From the NCBI GenBank assembly GCA_965243135.1, contig OZ251539.1, positions 3,040,001 through 3,104,000 of the forward strand: a stretch of 64,000 nucleotides of DNA. Direction: 5' to 3'. Under the pieces are notes generated by a model. It was not told where the DNA came from. It did no database searches and saw only the letters and a list, made by a program, of their open reading frames with translations. A program made the translations under genes and the position numbers. This stretch comes from Alphaproteobacteria bacterium. GTDB taxonomy: Bacteria > Pseudomonadota > Alphaproteobacteria > MPNO01 > UBA830. This document shows positions 32,473-43,505 of the stretch, in pieces. Each line of letters begins with the position of its first letter. Position 1 is the stretch's first letter.

Positions 32473-34014
32473 TCAGGCGGCCTCGCAATCGAACCCGACG
32501 ACGTTGCGCTCCTCGCGGCTGAACTCCACTCCGATCAGGTGGACCGAACGACCGAAATGGCGGTACTTGTCCGCGTAGCCCTTCTCTCGCAGCTGCGCGA
32601 TCGCGGTCCCTTCCCGCCCGCGCTCCACCACCTTGAACTCGAACAGGTAGACGCGCCCGTCGGCGCGGATCGCCATGTCGGCGCGCCCCCGGCTGCCGCT
32701 GTCCTCGGCCACCGGCTCGAAGCCCTCCATCAGAAAGCAGCTGTGGATAACGCTCGCGTAGTGGGCCTCGTACTTCGCGACGGGGTTGTTCATGTACCAT
32801 TGGTGCGGAATGGCGGCGAAAACGCCGCGGAACAGGGTCCCGATGCGCTTGAAGTCGTTCGCCTCCAGCAATTCGCCCAGCCGCAAGCGCCCCGTCTTCT
32901 TGCGCGCCTCGGCCGGGAGCAGTTCTCCCAGCAGGGCCTCGCCCAGGCTCTGGCGCACCTCGAGGTTCGGGTAGTCCAGCCTGTAACGTCTCCCGCCGTC
33001 CTCCTCGCCGGCGATGGTCAGGTAGCCGGTCTGGAACAGAAGCGCCTCGACCGAGATATTGTCCACGTCGAAGGCCGAGAGCAGGCTCTCGCTGCCGGTC
33101 ATGCCGTCCAGGTCGGGAGTGGGCAGGCCGCGGCGCGCCAGCGTCTCGACCAGGAAGGTCGGCGTGCCGCTCTCGAACCAGTAGTTGCCGAACCTGCGCT
33201 CGGCGAGCAGCAGCAGGACGCCGAACGGGTTGTAGAGCTTCTCCGGCCCGCACCAGTTGTAGCCGTTGTACCAGCGCCGGATTTCGTCCCGGTCCAGGCC
33301 CTCCAGTTCCGGGGCGAAGACCGCGTCCAGCTCCGCGTCCGTGTAGCCGCAAATGTCGGAGAACTCCGGCGCCAACGTGATGTCGCGCAGGTTGTTCAGG
33401 CCAGAGAACAGGCCAGCTTTCGAGAACTTGCTCACCCCCGTCAGGAAAACGAAACGGAGCTGCCTGTCGCAAGCCTTGATCGCCCCGTACAGGCTGCGCA
33501 GGAAATCGCGGTTGGCCCGCGCCAGATCCCGATCGCCGAGCGCGTCCAGAATCGGCTTGTCGTACTCGTCCACCAGAACGACCGCCCGCTGTCCGGTGCG
33601 CTCGTGCAGGGCCGCGATCAGTTCCCGGAAGCGGATCGAAACTCTGGCGCTGCCCGGCTCGATGCCGGCCAGCCTCTCCGCCGCCTTCAGTTGCGATTCC
33701 GTTTCTTCCCGAACCCCGTCCGGGTCGCCGAAATCGCCCCCGCCGAAATCCAGCCGCACGACCGGATGGCGCGCCGACCAGTCCCACCCGTCGTGCACGG
33801 CGAGACCCCGGAACAGCTCCTCGCTTCCCTCGAACAGCTCCTGCAGCGTGTCCACCAGCAAGCTCTTGCCGAACCGGCGCGGACGCGACAGGAAGTAGTA
33901 ATCGCCTCCTTCGACAAGGCGGCGCAGATGGTCCGTCTTGTCGACGTAGTGGCAGTCTCTCGTCCGGATTTTCCGGAGGGACGTCATGCCGATCGGAAGC
34001 ATGCGTTTCGTCAT
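32473..34014 (-). CDS. AAA-ATPase-like + PD-(D/E)XK nuclease protein, copy 3 (divergent C-terminal half)
   Basis: RPRRFGKSL, DEYDKP, GRADM...FEFK. Confidence 0.9.
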   Translation of the reverse strand: MTKRMLPIGMTSLRKIRTRDCHYVDKTDHLRRLVEGGDYYFLSRPRRFGKSLLVDTLQELFEGSEELFRGLAVHDGWDWSARHPVVRLDFGGGDFGDPDGVREETESQLKAAERLAGIEPGSARVSIRFRELIAALHERTGQRAVVLVDEYDKPILDALGDRDLARANRDFLRSLYGAIKACDRQLRFVFLTGVSKFSKAGLFSGLNNLRDITLAPEFSDICGYTDAELDAVFAPELEGLDRDEIRRWYNGYNWCGPEKLYNPFGVLLLLAERRFGNYWFESGTPTFLVETLARRGLPTPDLDGMTGSESLLSAFDVDNISVEALLFQTGYLTIAGEEDGGRRYRLDYPNLEVRQSLGEALLGELLPAEARKKTGRLRLGELLEANDFKRIGTLFRGVFAAIPHQWYMNNPVAKYEAHYASVIHSCFLMEGFEPVAEDSGSRGRADMAIRADGRVYLFEFKVVERGREGTAIAQLREKGYADKYRHFGRSVHLIGVEFSREERNVVGFDCEAA

Positions 34015-34020
34015 CCAAAG

Positions 34021-34049
34021 AGAGTAGGCCGCCGTGCCGGAACCGTCAA
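34021..34049 (-). promoter_or_regulatory. promoter TTGACG-17bp-TACTCT, leaderless
   Basis: -35 at 34049-34044, -10 at 34026-34021, ATG at 34014. Confidence 0.7.
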
Positions 34050-34204
34050 GAAGTCGGCGGCGGCAGGCCTGTCCCGCGCTGCGTCCCCTGGCGCGACAAG
34101 CAGCCGGCAATTTCCGCGGCGGCACGGGCGGGCGGCGGGGAAAAGCGCGGAGGCGAGCGAACCCGCCGCTCCGCGGAAATCCTGCCCCGCCCGCAGCAGG
34201 CGAC

Positions 34205-34500
34205 CACGATTGCAAGTACGTTCGACACGCTCAACGAGCGGCTTGGAGGCCGCGGGCGAACGCCTACGGAAGGCGCCGCCAGCAAAGGCGACGCGCGTCG
34301 GCACCGACGTCAACGCCGGCTTCGCGAGCCTCGACGGCAAGGTCGACGCCCTCGTCGCGGAAACCAGGGCCGACGCAACGCGACGGCAAGCGCCCTCGCC
34401 AGGGAAAGCCGCGCGCCTCGAAACCAGTACGATGATCGTCGCGGCAGGCCTCGCAGCCATACCTGCAGCTGGTTCGGCGCCGGAGATCCGCGCCCGCGAC
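34205..34500 (+). pseudogene. possible remnant of a DUF1640-like coiled-coil protein
   Basis: fragments FDTL..., LEAAG, VNAGFASLDGKVDAL, LETSTMIVAAGLAAI in shifting frames. Confidence 0.3.
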
Positions 34501-34697
34501 GACATGCGCCGCAAGCGGCGAAACGCCTGAACGCCCGGCAACGGTTCCGTCGAACGAGAGCGTCGTCCGGTCGAGCGAGCGGATTTCCGCCGCCGAACCT
34601 CCATGGGCTCGTTCGAAGCCATCAACCGAAGCGGCTCGCGAAAGCGAAAACCCGGAAATGCAACGCAAAGCAGGATCACCCTGACGCGGCGCAGGCG

Positions 34698-35192
34698 TCA
34701 CCCGACTCGATCGAGAACGACGAAGGAATGATCGTGATCGTCTCCGGCGCCCGCCCGGCGACGGACCCGCGAAACTTCCCGCCATTCGGCGCGAATCCGT
34801 TGCGGAAAATAGACGTCGCCCTCGACCGTGGCGTGGACTTCGGTAAGGTAACATCTGTCGGCAAGCGGCAGCGCCGCGCGATAGATGGCTTCGCCCCCGA
34901 TCGCGAGGACCTCTCCAGCGGCTCCGATCATCGCGGCCGCGCAGGCGAGAGCGCTTTCGAAATCGGGCGCCGCCTTCACTCCGGCAAGACCGGCATTCCG
35001 CGTGACGACGATGTTCTCGCGGTCCGGCAACGGCCGGCCGATGGACTCATGGGTCTTTCGTCCCATCACGACGGGCTTGCCCGCCGTGATCCTCCTGAAA
35101 TGCCGGAGGTCGCTCGAAAGGCGCCACGGCAGGCCCCCGTTCCTGCCGATGACGCCGTTCTCCGAGACGGCGGCGATGAGCGCGAGCCTCAC
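34698..35192 (-). CDS. folA: dihydrofolate reductase
   Basis: VIGRNGGLPW, MGRKT, RPLPDRENIV, IGG, EGDVYFP. Confidence 0.97.
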   Translation of the reverse strand: MRLALIAAVSENGVIGRNGGLPWRLSSDLRHFRRITAGKPVVMGRKTHESIGRPLPDRENIVVTRNAGLAGVKAAPDFESALACAAAMIGAAGEVLAIGGEAIYRAALPLADRCYLTEVHATVEGDVYFPQRIRAEWREVSRVRRRAGAGDDHDHSFVVLDRVG

Positions 35193-35194
35193 GA

Positions 35195-35989
35195 TCAGAC
35201 CGCGACGGCCGCGGGGATGTGGGGGTGGAACCGGTAGCTCTCCAGCGTGAAGTCCTCGTAGGTGAAGTCGAAAATGTCGTCCACGGCGGGAGCCAGCCGC
35301 ATCGTCGGCAGCGGATAGGGCGAACGGAGGAGCTGCTCGTCGGCCTGTTCGACATGGTTCGCGTATAGATGGGCGTCGCCCAGCGTATGCACGAACTCGC
35401 CCGCTTCGAGGCCGGTTACCTGCGCCATCATCATCGTCAGCAGCGCATAGGAGGCGATGTTGAAGGGCACCCCCAGGAAGACGTCGGCGCTGCGCTGATA
35501 GAGCTGGCAGGAAAGACGGCCGTTCGCGACATGAAACTGGAACAGGCAGTGACAGGGCGGCAACGCCATGGCGGGGATTTCCGGAACGTTCCAGGCGCTG
35601 ACCAGCAGGCGCCGCGAATCAGGATCGGTCCTGATCTCCTCGACGACCCGGGAAATCTGATCGACGGTCGCGCCGTCGGCCGCCCGCCAGGAACGCCATT
35701 GGGCCCCGTAGACCGGCCCGAGGTCGCCTTCGGCGTCGGCCCACTCGTCCCAGATCGTGACGCCGTTCTCGTTGAGCCACGCGACGTTGGTATCGCCCCG
35801 GAGAAACCAGAGAATCTCGTAGATGACTGATTTGACGTGAATTTTTTTTGTCGTGACCAGCGGAAATCCGTCGCTCAGATCGAACCTCATCTGATGGCCG
35901 AACACGCTGTAGGTCCCCGTGCCCGTGCGGTCGCCCTTGCGGTAGCCGGTCTTGCGCACGCGCCGCATGAGGTCGAGATATTGCTGCAT
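35195..35989 (-). CDS. thyA: thymidylate synthase
   Basis: [28 protein letters not shown]. Confidence 0.98.
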   Translation of the reverse strand: MQQYLDLMRRVRKTGYRKGDRTGTGTYSVFGHQMRFDLSDGFPLVTTKKIHVKSVIYEILWFLRGDTNVAWLNENGVTIWDEWADAEGDLGPVYGAQWRSWRAADGATVDQISRVVEEIRTDPDSRRLLVSAWNVPEIPAMALPPCHCLFQFHVANGRLSCQLYQRSADVFLGVPFNIASYALLTMMMAQVTGLEAGEFVHTLGDAHLYANHVEQADEQLLRSPYPLPTMRLAPAVDDIFDFTYEDFTLESYRFHPHIPAAVAV

Positions 35990-36065
35990 CGTCCGTATAT
36001 CCATGAAGGGGCCCGCACGATGATATTTTTTTATTTCACTCCTGTCCGAATCGTCCTATATATAA

Positions 36066-36350
36066 GGGGCCGGCACGGTTCGGCTATGGCGATAAACGGC
36101 TTGTGGAATAAACGTCGTGGACCCGGGGGCGGTACCCGGCGCCTCCACCAAATCGCATCCTCCGTCTTCGCGGCGGGGATGAGGTGCGGGGGCGAAACAG
36201 GATCGACACGCGTCTAAAGACATGCTTTTCGCCCGGTATGGCACCGCCGTTAGCGGGCCGACAACACAAGTGCCAACGATAACGAATTGGCTCTCGCTGC
36301 CTAGATTTGGGCAAGCGCGGTTCGGGGGCGCCGGGCAACAGAAGCCCCCA
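36066..36350 (+). ncRNA. ssrA: circularly permuted two-piece tmRNA
   Basis: acceptor 3' strand CGCCTCCACCA 36140-36150 precedes the 5' strand GGGGGCG at 36188 (G3:U pair); tag ANDNELALAA-TAG at 36272-36304; ends approximate. Confidence 0.95.
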
Positions 36351-36481
36351 CTTTCCTTTTTCTACACTCTGGAACACTCAATACGCAGCCCCCGACCAAC
36401 GTGGGACCTGTGGCGGCGGGTATCTTCAAACGGCCCCAGGACGCGTGAGGGTGATCCAGCAGAATTATGCCACGTGTATGA

Positions 36482-37102
36482 ATGCGTGTCCTGTCGAACA
36501 TCCAGCCGACGCCCGAGCAGCTGAAGATATTGGTTGACGACCTTTCGGGTTTTCGGCTGATGCGAGGCGCGGCCGGCTGCGGCAAGACAACTACGGCGCT
36601 ACTGCGCCTCCGCCAACTTTGCCGGTCACGGCAGAACAGAAAGAATCGGCTGGGCCACGAAGACCCTGTCCAGGTTCTCGTTCTTACTTTCAACAGAACG
36701 CTCCGCAGCTATGTCTTGCAACTTGTCAGGGAGCGGATTCCGAACTCGGACGATTTCGTCATGCTGCTGTCCTTTCACCCCGACGTTCTCGACCACCAAG
36801 GTGTGGTTTTCACGACGACGAACAACATCTATCCCGCTTGCGAGCGCGCCGAAGGGCTTGCCGGTTTCGAAGCGATGTTCGCTGACCGGGTTGTCGGCCG
36901 TTACGGCCGAATGCATAAGGATAAGAAGCCTGCTTGGCCCACGGACCGGCAAGCGGAAGTTCTGTATCCGGGCGAATTGTCGTGCAACCACCTGCTCACG
37001 ATAGAAGTTCAGATGGAACGGACTGCCGACACGATAATGGGCGCGTTGGGGAGCCTCGACATGGATTTGTGCGTTCGCCACGCGCCGGAGGTGTTCTTAT
37101 GA
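36482..37102 (+). pseudogene. in-frame chimera: SF1 helicase N-terminus fused to the C-terminal half of a DarT-like (DUF4433) ADP-ribosyltransferase
   Basis: PTPEQ, RGAAGCGKTT, VLVLTFNRTL then FTTTNNIYP...GFEAMF...PTDRQAEVLYP; no Walker B, no N-terminal ART strand. Confidence 0.7.
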
Positions 37103-38805
37103 AGCAGCGAGACATGTTCCCCGGATCCATAGCGTCGCGTAGCGTGGAGGCTTCCGACGACCGGAGGGAAAGCACTCGGAGATCCGCTCTGTGGGCAGCT
37201 TATGGCGACGCGCTCGGGTGGATCAGCGAATTGGCGGACGAGTCGGGGCTGCGGCGTCGGACAGGCGGCGCGGCGCTGCGCCGACCCGTCGAATGGACTC
37301 GGCGGATTGGCGGCCGCGCAGGCGTTCAGGTTCCGCTTCCGCAAGGCTGCTATTCTGACGATTCGCAGTTGCGGCTCGCGACAAGCCGCGCCGTCGGCGT
37401 CGACGGCTTCGATGTCGAGGCGTTCGCCAAGGTGGAACTGCCGATCTGGCTGAGCTACGCGCTCGGCGGAGGAAAATCGACGAGCGCCGGCGCGCGCAAC
37501 CTGGCCAGGCGCGGCACGCGCTGGTTCTCCAACAGCTTCAAGGGATGGGCGCGGTCTGGAGGAAACGGCGCGGCGATGCGCGTTCAGCCGCACGTATGGG
37601 CATCGCCCGCTCCCGGCGCCGCAGAGAGCTTTCTTCCCGACGTGGTGCGCAACGCGATTTGCACTCATTCTCATCCAACCGGAATCATGGGTGCGGTTTT
37701 GCATGCGCTTACGGTCGCTCGCGCGGCGGAAACCGGTCGGCTCCCGTCTCCCGACGACCTCATGACCGCCGTTGATACCGCGGCTGCCCTCCCGGAAATG
37801 ATCCAGGGCGATACGGAGGTTGGAGTTTATTGGCGCATGGCCGTAGAAGCGGAGACGGGCGCATTCGACGAAGCGTGGGCTCGGGCGGTCGGCAAATGCC
37901 GGGAGGCCGTTGACGAAGCGATCCGGATCGTCGGTAGGAGCGCTTCCGAGCCGACGGGAGCGAATGGTTACGCAGCGCTCGTCGCAGGCTTTCGGCTACG
38001 GGACGCGGATAGAAGAGGGGACGGCATTTTGACGGCGGTGACCGCCGCAAGCTTGGGATGGTGCGAGCCGCGACCCGAAGAAGCTTTGGTCCTCGTCGCG
38101 AATGCGCTCGGCACGGATACCGACACCATCGCAACGATGGCCGGCGCGATTTTCGGCTTTATCGCCGAAGCCGAGCCGCCGGTCGATGTTCTCGACGCGA
38201 CGTTGTTCCGGTCGGAAGCTGACCGGCTGGCGGAGATCGCGCACGGCGGTGGAAGAACCGTGCACCGCTATCCTGATTTGCTGCATTGGGTGGCGCCGGC
38301 GACGCGCAGCGATGCATTGACCAGATTGGAGGATGGAGCTTTATGGGTGCGCGGGCTTGGACGGGCCGTGGCGAAAGACAATCCTATCGCCCCGGAGAAG
38401 GGCGAATTCCAGTGGCAGTGGGTCGAACTCGAAGACACGGGTCAAACTTTGTTGATCAAACGCCGCGAGGTTCTCGCCTTATACGAGGAAACGACCGGCG
38501 CGGCGCCACCCTCGGGACGCGGTGCGTCGGATCCGGCCTCTCTGCAAACCGGAAAAATCGCGGAAACTTCGTCGAAATTTGTACAGAATCCTTCAGGGAG
38601 CGCGAGCGAACGTCCCAACGCGCCGCATGACCTGCAAGGCGTTCTGGAATACATGGAGAAGAACAAGAACGATGACCGGCTTGTTGGCGCCACGTTCCGC
38701 CGTGTCGTCAACAAGGGCACGCCGGGAGAAATCGCAGCGTTCACCGCAGCGATGATAGATATGCTCCGACATCCTGCAGACGCCCAGCGCCGCAGCTCAG
38801 CGTAA
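37099..38805 (+). CDS. ADP-ribosylglycohydrolase (ARH/DraG family) with C-terminal extension
   Basis: AYGDALG, YSDDSQL, GGNGAAMR, CTH, GTDTDTIATMAGA; ATGA overlap with the upstream ORF. Confidence 0.9.
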   Translation: MKQRDMFPGSIASRSVEASDDRRESTRRSALWAAYGDALGWISELADESGLRRRTGGAALRRPVEWTRRIGGRAGVQVPLPQGCYSDDSQLRLATSRAVGVDGFDVEAFAKVELPIWLSYALGGGKSTSAGARNLARRGTRWFSNSFKGWARSGGNGAAMRVQPHVWASPAPGAAESFLPDVVRNAICTHSHPTGIMGAVLHALTVARAAETGRLPSPDDLMTAVDTAAALPEMIQGDTEVGVYWRMAVEAETGAFDEAWARAVGKCREAVDEAIRIVGRSASEPTGANGYAALVAGFRLRDADRRGDGILTAVTAASLGWCEPRPEEALVLVANALGTDTDTIATMAGAIFGFIAEAEPPVDVLDATLFRSEADRLAEIAHGGGRTVHRYPDLLHWVAPATRSDALTRLEDGALWVRGLGRAVAKDNPIAPEKGEFQWQWVELEDTGQTLLIKRREVLALYEETTGAAPPSGRGASDPASLQTGKIAETSSKFVQNPSGSASERPNAPHDLQGVLEYMEKNKNDDRLVGATFRRVVNKGTPGEIAAFTAAMIDMLRHPADAQRRSSA

Positions 38806-39958
38806 ACGAACCGGTTCACGTTCGGCTGCGCACATGACGATATCGCGCGGAACCTGCCGGGTTCTGCGAGAGAACTCCTGTATACGAAGCTGAACCCCGA
38901 ACGCTGAGTAAAACAAACCTGCTCGCTGCCCGTCCATACCCGGTTTTCGGGAGGCGTTTGCGCTGCGCTGTTTTTTGTCGGCGGCCGTCCGCTCGGCACC
39001 CCCGTGGACCCTCCGCCCACCCGTCGGCGAACCCCAAGGGTCGCGCAGGCTGGCGAAAGCGAAGCGCGAAAAATTTTCCGCCGGAAACTCGGGGAGCGGA
39101 CTTCCTGCCGTTGCGGTCGTTGTCTGAACGCGGCGTCCGGCAACGCAGGCGGCTCTGGCCGAACACGCGCTGGCGTCGAGCGCGGCGAAGCGCTTGGCGC
39201 GAAGGCGAGTTCAGCCGAGCCCACGGAGCGGTTTGCCGGGCTGCAGGGCGAGGCCGGCGCGGCGGGCGCTCGGTTTGCGCACCGTCAACCGTTCGGGAAC
39301 GACGGGCGAGCCCGTTCATGGGAACGCTCGCCGACCTCGACCGGGCGGTTTCCGGCGCCCTGTCGCCGGTGCCGATAACGAATGCCCGGAGCGGAAATGA
39401 AACCCGTCTCGTCAATGTCGCGCGCTCGGGAGACGCTCTACCGTCGCCGGGCGCCTGCCTCGAAACGTGGCGGGCCGGTTCGCCACGGCCGAGCATCCGT
39501 TTCTCGCCGAACGTTCGCCGCGAGCCTCGGCCGTGGCGCCGCGCCCGAGGCGGTTTGCCGCGGCGCGAAGAACATGCTGCGGAGAAACGCCGCCCTGCGT
39601 CGTCCGCGAGGCCGGCAAGCTTCGGCGGCGAATTCTCCGGGATTCCGTCGTCGTCCGCCCCGTAGACTGTCGACGAAAGGCCGAACGCGGAACGAACCTC
39701 CCCTGCGCCGCAAGGTCGAAGCGCTGTCGCGCGCGGAGAAAGCCGGTCTTCTTCTTGAGGAACGCACCGTCGCGGTAGCCGCCCGAGGCGGGCTGGCCGC
39801 GCTTCGGAGTTCCGGGGACGTTGCCCGGCCTTCCCCCGGCTTCGGCGCGGAAAACGGGGCGGCGCGGAAATTCGCGCCGCCTCATGCCGCCGACAGGATA
39901 GTTGCGCGGCGCGAACGTTTCGCATACGTTCGTCTTCCCGAAGTCACTGGAACATCTT

Positions 39959-40321
39959 ATGGAACAGTTCTCTTCCGAACTCGTCGCCATTCTTGGTGTC
40001 GGCGCTTCCATGCTTGGCGTCGGCATTACCGTTATCGGGCTGGTTCTTCAGCAGGGCCGCCGGATCGACCGCCGGATCGACGGCCTTGCCCTGCGCATGG
40101 ACGAACAGGACCGGCGGACGGATGACCGGTTCCGGCAGCTGACCGATCAGATGAACGAACGGTTCCGGCAGCTGACCGATCAGATGAACGAGCAATTCCG
40201 GCAGATGAACGAGCAGTTCCAGAGGTTGAGCGAGCGCGTCGCGCGAGTCGAGGGCAAGTTCGACCTGCTCGAGGCTTTCGTCGAGCACCGGAAGGAGCCG
40301 CCGGCCGAGGCGGCGGAATAG
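39959..40321 (+). CDS. small membrane-anchored coiled-coil protein, copy A
   Basis: hydrophobic N-terminus, RFRQLTDQMNE repeats, C-terminal ERVARVEG. Confidence 0.75.
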   Translation: MEQFSSELVAILGVGASMLGVGITVIGLVLQQGRRIDRRIDGLALRMDEQDRRTDDRFRQLTDQMNERFRQLTDQMNEQFRQMNEQFQRLSERVARVEGKFDLLEAFVEHRKEPPAEAAE

Positions 40322-40450
40322 CGGCGCCCCGCTTCGGCGCGGAAAACGGCGCGGCGCGGAAATTCGCGCCGTCTCATGCCGCCGAGAAGATAGTTGCGCA
40401 GCGCGCGCATTTCGCGTACGTTCGCCTTTCCGAATTCGCAAGGGCGTCGT

Positions 40451-40759
40451 ATGGAACAGTTTTCTTCGGAACTCCTCGCCATTCTTGGCGTCGGCATCGC
40501 CGTTATCGGGCTGGTTCTTCAGCAGGGCCGCCGGCTCGACCGCCGGATCGACGGCCTTGCCCTGCGCATGGACGAACAGGATCGGCGGACGGACGACCGG
40601 TTCCGGCAGCTGACCGATCAGATGAACGAGCAATTCCGGCAGATGAACGAGCAGTTCCAGAGGTTGAGCGAGCGCGTCGCGCGAGTCGAAGGCAAGTTCG
40701 ACCTGCTCGAGGCTTTCGTCGAGCACCGGAAGGAGCCGCCGGCCGAGGCGGCGGAATAG
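40451..40759 (+). CDS. small membrane-anchored coiled-coil protein, copy B
   Basis: near-identical to copy A minus one 21-bp and one 33-bp in-frame unit. Confidence 0.75.
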   Translation: MEQFSSELLAILGVGIAVIGLVLQQGRRLDRRIDGLALRMDEQDRRTDDRFRQLTDQMNEQFRQMNEQFQRLSERVARVEGKFDLLEAFVEHRKEPPAEAAE

Positions 40760-40866
40760 CGGCGCCCCGCTTCGGCGCCGCAAAGCGGCGCGCGGCGGAA
40801 ATTTGCGCTGCCGCCGGCCGTACGGGCAGCCGACGAAAAATACGACGCAGCCGCAAACGCCTCGCC

Positions 40867-40895
40867 TTGCGGAACGCCGCTTCATGGCCTAAAAT
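40867..40895 (+). promoter_or_regulatory. promoter TTGCGG-17bp-TAAAAT for the sspB-fumA operon
   Basis: -35 at 40867-40872, -10 at 40890-40895. Confidence 0.55.
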
Positions 40896-40904
40896 TCCAG
40901 CACG

Positions 40905-41378
40905 ATGGTCGAGGATTCGATGGATTACCAAAGCATCGTGGAACGCGCCATGCGGGGCGTCGTTCGCGATATTCTCAACCGCGTGGCGGACGATGGCCTG
41001 CCCGGACAACACCACCTCTACGTGACCTTCGAGACCCGGCATCCCGGCGTCCGCCTCGCCCAGTCCCTGATGCGAAGGTACCCCGACAAGATGACGATCG
41101 TACTGCAGCACCAGTTCTGGGGTCTGGACATCGACGAGGACGCTTTCGAGGTGACGCTCAAGTTTTCGGGCAGGAACGAGCGCCTGAGAATCCCGCTGGA
41201 AGCCGTAACGGCGTTCGCCGACCCTTCGGTCGAGTTCGGACTCCGTTTCCATGCGATCGAAGAAGAAGAAAGCGAACGGGCGGAAGGGGACGAACGGGCG
41301 GACGAGGAGAAGGACGCCGGGGACCCGGAAGCCGGCCAGGTCGTCGCCCTGGACTCTTTCCGCAAGAAAAAGACTTGA
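40905..41378 (+). CDS. sspB: ClpXP adaptor SspB (alphaproteobacterial type)
   Basis: [47 protein letters not shown]. Confidence 0.93.
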   Translation: MVEDSMDYQSIVERAMRGVVRDILNRVADDGLPGQHHLYVTFETRHPGVRLAQSLMRRYPDKMTIVLQHQFWGLDIDEDAFEVTLKFSGRNERLRIPLEAVTAFADPSVEFGLRFHAIEEEESERAEGDERADEEKDAGDPEAGQVVALDSFRKKKT

Positions 41379-41388
41379 ACGCTTCCCG

Positions 41389-42990
41389 ATGTCTTCGTAT
41401 CGCGAACTGCTCCCTCTCGGCGAGGATCGCACGGAGTACCGGAAACTGACGTCGGATTTCGTTTCGACCGCGGAGTTCGAAGGAGAGGAAATCCTCAAGG
41501 TCGAACGGGAAGGTCTCAGGACGCTCTCCGCGCAGGCGTTCGCCGACATCGCGCACTTTCTGCGGCCCGGCCACCTGCGGCAACTGCGCGACATTCTCGA
41601 CGACCCCGAGGCTTCTGTCAACGACCGCTTCGTCGCCCTGGACCTGTTGAAGAACGCCAACGTCGCCGCCGGCGGCGTGCTCCCCATGTGCCAGGACACC
41701 GGCACTGCGATCGTCATGGGAAAGAAAGGCCGGAACGTCCGCACGGAGGGCGGGGACGAGGCGGCCTTGTCCGACGGCGCGGCCGCGACCTACGCCGAAC
41801 GCAACCTGCGATACTCGAACGTGGCGCCGCTCTCGATGTTCGAGGAAATCAACACCGGCACCAACCTGCCCGCCCAGATCGAGATCTACGCGACCGACGG
41901 CGACTCCTACGGCTTCCTCTTCATCGCCAAGGGCGGCGGGTCCGCCAACAAGTCGTTCCTGTACCAGCAGACGCCGGCGATCCTCGACAAGGAGAGGTTG
42001 CTTCCCTTCCTCGACGAGAAGATCCGCAGCCTCGGAACCGCCGCCTGCCCTCCCTATCACCTTGCGGTCGTGATCGGCGGCACGTCGGCGGAATTCAATC
42101 TCAAGACCGTCAAGCTCGCCAGCACCCGCTATCTCGACGGCCTGCCGACCCAAGGCAACGAACACGGCCAGGGCTTTCGCGACCTCGAACTGGAACGAGA
42201 GATTCTCCAACTTACCCGAGACGCGGGAATCGGCGCCCAGTTCGGCGGCAAGTACTTCTGCCACGATGTCCGGGTGGTGCGGCTGCCGCGGCACGGCGCG
42301 AGCGTGCCGATCGGTCTCGGCGTCTCGTGCTCGGCGGACCGGCAAGCGCTGGGCAAGATCACGCAAAACGGCATATTCCTCGAGCGGCTCGAGACCAACC
42401 CCGCCCGCTTCCTGCCGGAGGTCGAACCCGCCGATCTGGCCGGCGAGGTCGTGAAGATCGACCTGACCCGGAGCATGGACGAAATCAGAAGCGCCCTGAG
42501 CCGGCATCCCGTCCGGACGCGGCTCGCCCTGACGGGACCGATGATCGTCGCGCGCGACGCGGCGCACGCGCGGATCCGGAAACGGCTGGACGCCGGCGAG
42601 CCCATGCCCGGCTATTTCCGCGATCACGCGATCTACTACGCGGGCCCGGCCAAGACGCCGGAAGGATACGCCTCCGGATCGTTCGGCCCGACCACGGCCG
42701 GCCGCATGGACTCCTACGTGGCGGAGTTCCAGTCCAGGGGCGGCAGCCACGTCATGCTGGCCAAGGGCAACCGGTCGCGTTCGGTTACCGACGCCTGCAA
42801 GACCCACGGCGGATTCTATCTCGGCTCCATCGGCGGACCGGCGGCGCGCCTCGCCCAGGATTGCATCAAGAAGGTCGAATGCGTCGAATACGCAGATCTC
42901 GGGATGGAGGCGATCTGGCGCATCGAGGTCGAAGACTTCCCGGCCTTCATCGTCGTGGACGACAAGGGAAACGATTTCTTCGCACAATGA
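41389..42990 (+). CDS. fumA: class I fumarate hydratase (Fe-S)
   Basis: [31 protein letters not shown]. Confidence 0.96.
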   Translation: MSSYRELLPLGEDRTEYRKLTSDFVSTAEFEGEEILKVEREGLRTLSAQAFADIAHFLRPGHLRQLRDILDDPEASVNDRFVALDLLKNANVAAGGVLPMCQDTGTAIVMGKKGRNVRTEGGDEAALSDGAAATYAERNLRYSNVAPLSMFEEINTGTNLPAQIEIYATDGDSYGFLFIAKGGGSANKSFLYQQTPAILDKERLLPFLDEKIRSLGTAACPPYHLAVVIGGTSAEFNLKTVKLASTRYLDGLPTQGNEHGQGFRDLELEREILQLTRDAGIGAQFGGKYFCHDVRVVRLPRHGASVPIGLGVSCSADRQALGKITQNGIFLERLETNPARFLPEVEPADLAGEVVKIDLTRSMDEIRSALSRHPVRTRLALTGPMIVARDAAHARIRKRLDAGEPMPGYFRDHAIYYAGPAKTPEGYASGSFGPTTAGRMDSYVAEFQSRGGSHVMLAKGNRSRSVTDACKTHGGFYLGSIGGPAARLAQDCIKKVECVEYADLGMEAIWRIEVEDFPAFIVVDDKGNDFFAQ

Positions 42991-43505
42991 CGGACGTTCT
43001 TCCTGACGTGCTCGCGCCCGGCCTGACCACGGTTTTCTGCGGCTCCGCGGCCGGACCGGCATCCGCCCGCGACGGAACCTACTACGCCGGGCGCGGGAAC
43101 CGGTTCTGGCAAACCCTGCACGAGACAGGCTTTACGGACCGCCGCCTCGCTCCGTCCAAGTTCCGCGAACTCCCCCGGTACGGTCTTGGACTGACCGACC
43201 TCGCGAAGCGCGAGTCCGGCGTGGACGCCGACTTGTCCCCCGGCGCCTGGGACGCCGACGCGCTGCTGCGCAAGATCGAAACCTTCCGTCCGCGCTTTCT
43301 CGCCTTCACGGGCAAACGGCCCGCCCGGCAGTTTCTCCGCGACCGCTTCGGAGCGAACGTCGCGGATTACGGATTGCAGGCGCGGACCGTCGGCGAAACC
43401 CGGGTCTACGTTCTGCCCTCGCCCTCCGGCAAAGCCTGGAGTTCGTGGACGGTCGCGCCGTGGCTCGAACTCGCCGGGCTTCACCGCGAGGAGTTCGGCG
43501 CATGA
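42987..43505 (+). CDS. mug: G/U mismatch-specific DNA glycosylase
   Basis: [34 protein letters not shown]. Confidence 0.88.
   Translation: MTDVLPDVLAPGLTTVFCGSAAGPASARDGTYYAGRGNRFWQTLHETGFTDRRLAPSKFRELPRYGLGLTDLAKRESGVDADLSPGAWDADALLRKIETFRPRFLAFTGKRPARQFLRDRFGANVADYGLQARTVGETRVYVLPSPSGKAWSSWTVAPWLELAGLHREEFGA

Larger units (their letters stand above)
39838..40815 (+). repeat. tandem duplication of a small gene with its upstream region, plus the start of a third unit
   Basis: gcttcggcgcggaaaacgg...gcggaaattcgcgccg at about 39838 and 40330, degenerate at 40768. Confidence 0.85.

Noticed and set aside
36110-36150. Stand-alone tRNA gene ending in CCA
   Set aside because: It is the acceptor/T-arm piece of the permuted tmRNA; there is no anticodon arm
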